A stretch of DNA of 25,993 nucleotides from a virus. Its lineage: Duplodnaviria; Caudoviricetes. Position numbers and translations under genes: made by a program. The notes under the pieces were generated by a model, which had not been told where the DNA came from, ran no database searches, and saw only the letters and a program-made list of their open reading frames with translations. The first letter of the stretch is position 1. Every line of letters begins with the position of its first letter. Shown here piece after piece: positions 23,818 to 25,993 of the stretch. The stretch spans positions 1-25,993 of IMG/VR virus record IMGVR_UViG_3300016484_000236; one strand, 5' to 3'.

Positions 23818-25158
23818 ATGAAATTTATTAAACCAATTGACCTAAGTAACCCAATTGAAAGTCCTTCATTTCTGGGTGCCCCCGGTACTTATTGGAGTAA
23901 AGATAAAGTAATGACAGTTTCAGCCAGTGGTCCACGGTTCAATTATAACCCGGCTACAGGCGTTTATGAGGGTGTCCTTATTGAGCTTGCTTCAACAAAC
24001 TTATTGCTTAATTCTGAAACCCCTTCTGATCAAACAATTACTGTAGTAGATGCTACTACGTATACACTTTCTTTTTATGGTACAGGAACAGTAACAGTAA
24101 CTGGTAAAGGTTCTGTAACTGGAACTGAAACCTATAATAAAACAACATTTACTTTCACAGCAACCGGAACTAGTCAGGCACTGACTTTCTCGGGTACGGT
24201 GAAATACGCTCAAGTTGAGCAAGGCACAAAAGCGACAAGTTGGATTCCCACAACAGGAAGTACAGCTTCTCGGGCTGCAGATCAAGTAATCAATACTGGT
24301 TTGCTTTGGACTGATCTTGTGGAGACAACGGCATTTTGGAGTTCTGGATCAACCTACGCAGTGGATGCTTTGGTTCGTGTCGGAACGAATATTTATCAAA
24401 GTCTACAAGCATCTAACACTAATCACCCTCCTGCCACCAGCCCTACATGGTGGATTTTAAAAGGGCCTGATAATACTACCGCTGCCTTTGATCAGCAGAT
24501 CAGTACAGTATCAACAAAAGTAGGTTCAATATCATTTATTGTTAAACCGGGGCAAGTTTTTGATGCGCTATCAATGATCAACGTTGATTCAATCATTGCA
24601 GAAATTGCTGTTAATGACCCAGTAGCAGGTATTGTATTTACTAAAACTGTAGGTTTATCTGGAGAAGAAGTTTACGATTGGTATCAATATTTCTTTTCTG
24701 ATCCGTTGCTTAAACGGACACAGATGGTAGTTTATGGTATTCCTCAATATGCTGCTGCTGTTGTGAGCATTAAATTGACGGGTGATCCTACTGCTATTGT
24801 TTCTGTCGCTTCAGTAATCTTCGGGGCTATGGAAAACCTCGGACTAACACAGTATGGAGCACAGGCAGGAATTATTGACTATAGCGTTAAATCAACTGAT
24901 GAATTTGGCGTGGTGACATTCGTAAAACGTAACTTCTCTAAACGACTAAGCGCACAGGTTTGGATTGAGAATTTCAAACTCAACCGTGCTATGCGGTCAT
25001 TGTATACCATTCGGGCAACACCTGTCGTCTGGATTGGTGCTGAAGACCCACGATTTGAGGAAGCTCTGATTTTCTATGGCTTCTATAAAGAATTCAGTAC
25101 AGATTTATCATACCCAACTTACAGTGTATGTAGTCTAGAAATTGAAGGCTTAACTTAA
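23818..25158 (+). CDS. Tail tip/minor tail protein, possibly with a carbohydrate-binding insertion
   Basis: First gene after the tape measure; SD GGAG before ATG 23818; QVEQGTKATSWIPT and GIIDYSVKSTDEFG motifs of virion tail proteins. Confidence 0.65.
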   Translation: MKFIKPIDLSNPIESPSFLGAPGTYWSKDKVMTVSASGPRFNYNPATGVYEGVLIELASTNLLLNSETPSDQTITVVDATTYTLSFYGTGTVTVTGKGSVTGTETYNKTTFTFTATGTSQALTFSGTVKYAQVEQGTKATSWIPTTGSTASRAADQVINTGLLWTDLVETTAFWSSGSTYAVDALVRVGTNIYQSLQASNTNHPPATSPTWWILKGPDNTTAAFDQQISTVSTKVGSISFIVKPGQVFDALSMINVDSIIAEIAVNDPVAGIVFTKTVGLSGEEVYDWYQYFFSDPLLKRTQMVVYGIPQYAAAVVSIKLTGDPTAIVSVASVIFGAMENLGLTQYGAQAGIIDYSVKSTDEFGVVTFVKRNFSKRLSAQVWIENFKLNRAMRSLYTIRATPVVWIGAEDPRFEEALIFYGFYKEFSTDLSYPTYSVCSLEIEGLT

Positions 25159-25172
25159 TATAAGGAAAAATT

Positions 25173-25823
25173 ATGGCAATTACTTTGCTACCAACTCCCC
25201 CAACACGGGATGATCCTCTGAACTTTGCGGCACGGGCTGATGACTTCTTACCCGCATTAGTTGTGTTCGGGGAAGAAGCTAATGATCTAGCAACAGATGT
25301 TAATGCAAAATCTGCAACAGCAACTGCTGCTGCTTTAACTGCATCTGATGCTTCAAATACTGCTGTAGCCGCTGCTGATGCTGCTACTGCTGTAGCTAAT
25401 TATAAGGGCGAATGGTCAAGTTTATCAGGCTCCTTAGCAATCCCTGCTTCTGTTTCATACCAGAACAATATCTATATTCTAACGCAGAATGTAGCGGATG
25501 TTACAGCACACACTCCGGGTGTTTCTTCTGTTTGGTTACGTCCCGGCCAATATGAAAACCCAGTATCTCTTAGTGCTAATGCAAACGTTGCCCCGTTTGT
25601 GACATACAGGGTTACTGCTGGAATTATAGCAACTCTTCCAAGCAATCCGGCCAATGGTATGTGGTTTAGATTTCTACATAATTCAGGTGCTAATACCTTT
25701 ACTGTAGGGCGTAATGGTAAGACAATTGCAGGCTCAGGTACAGATTTAGTCTCTGACATTAACTATAAAACTTTCCGTTTGGTTTATCAATCATCAACAG
25801 GTGATTATTTAGTGGAGTTATAA
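25173..25823 (+). CDS. Putative tail fibre/minor tail protein
   Basis: LPTPPTRDDPLNFAARAD N-terminus, Ala-rich linker, TLPSNPANG beta domain. Confidence 0.55.
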   Translation: MAITLLPTPPTRDDPLNFAARADDFLPALVVFGEEANDLATDVNAKSATATAAALTASDASNTAVAAADAATAVANYKGEWSSLSGSLAIPASVSYQNNIYILTQNVADVTAHTPGVSSVWLRPGQYENPVSLSANANVAPFVTYRVTAGIIATLPSNPANGMWFRFLHNSGANTFTVGRNGKTIAGSGTDLVSDINYKTFRLVYQSSTGDYLVEL

Positions 25824-25824
25824 T

Positions 25825-25993
25825 ATGAATATTAGTGAATTAATGCTTTCTATTGGTGGCGGTGGCGGTAAACTGAAGTACCAAGATTTTACATCTTCTG
25901 GCCCATTTACACCATCTGCAGGACTAATTGCTAAGGGCGGCGGAGCTTGGGCTATGCTTGTTGGTGGCGGTGGTGGTGGTGGTGCTGGTGTTG
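25825..25993 (+). CDS. Glycine-rich tail-fibre-like protein (partial, runs off the window)
   Basis: MNISELMLSIGGGGGKLKYQDFTSSGPFTPS...MLVGGGGGGG; SD GGAG. Confidence 0.6.
   Translation, partial: MNISELMLSIGGGGGKLKYQDFTSSGPFTPSAGLIAKGGGAWAMLVGGGGGGGAGV

Noticed and set aside
3538-25759. Minus-strand and alternate-frame ORFs nested in long genes (e.g. 3538-4083, 17902-18216, 20743-21207, 22722-23126)
   Set aside because: They are shadows of codon-biased + strand genes, and all promoters and terminators found point in the + direction.

Overview
A + strand segment of a tailed dsDNA phage genome, most likely a siphovirus (lambda-E-type capsid, tail tube, 2134-aa tape measure protein, no sheath seen). 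Bases ~190-6460 are an RNA-rich accessory region. It holds 23 tRNAs covering all 20 amino acids plus one degenerate tRNA, two paralogous free-standing GIY-YIG endonucleases, two small ORFs and a DUF2828-type (TROVE/Ro60-like helical + vWA) gene. Bases ~6490-25993 are the packaging, head and tail module. The most notable feature is a family of six non-tRNA structured RNA units, not shown by the ORF track. Each has a covarying 8-9 bp terminal stem, an invariant CAGCAA at position 11, a variable interior with anticodon-like or T-arm-like hairpins in most units, and CTG(T/C)T at the 3' end. Four lie in tandem between a strong sigma70-type promoter and the Ro60-like gene, which suggests a phage Ro60-like/Y-RNA-like ribonucleoprotein system. 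Also seen: further tRNA-like RNAs, many non-canonical T-loops, a predicted +1 frameshift in the tail chaperone, and an extra domain in the tape measure protein. All calls come from manual reading; no searches were run.
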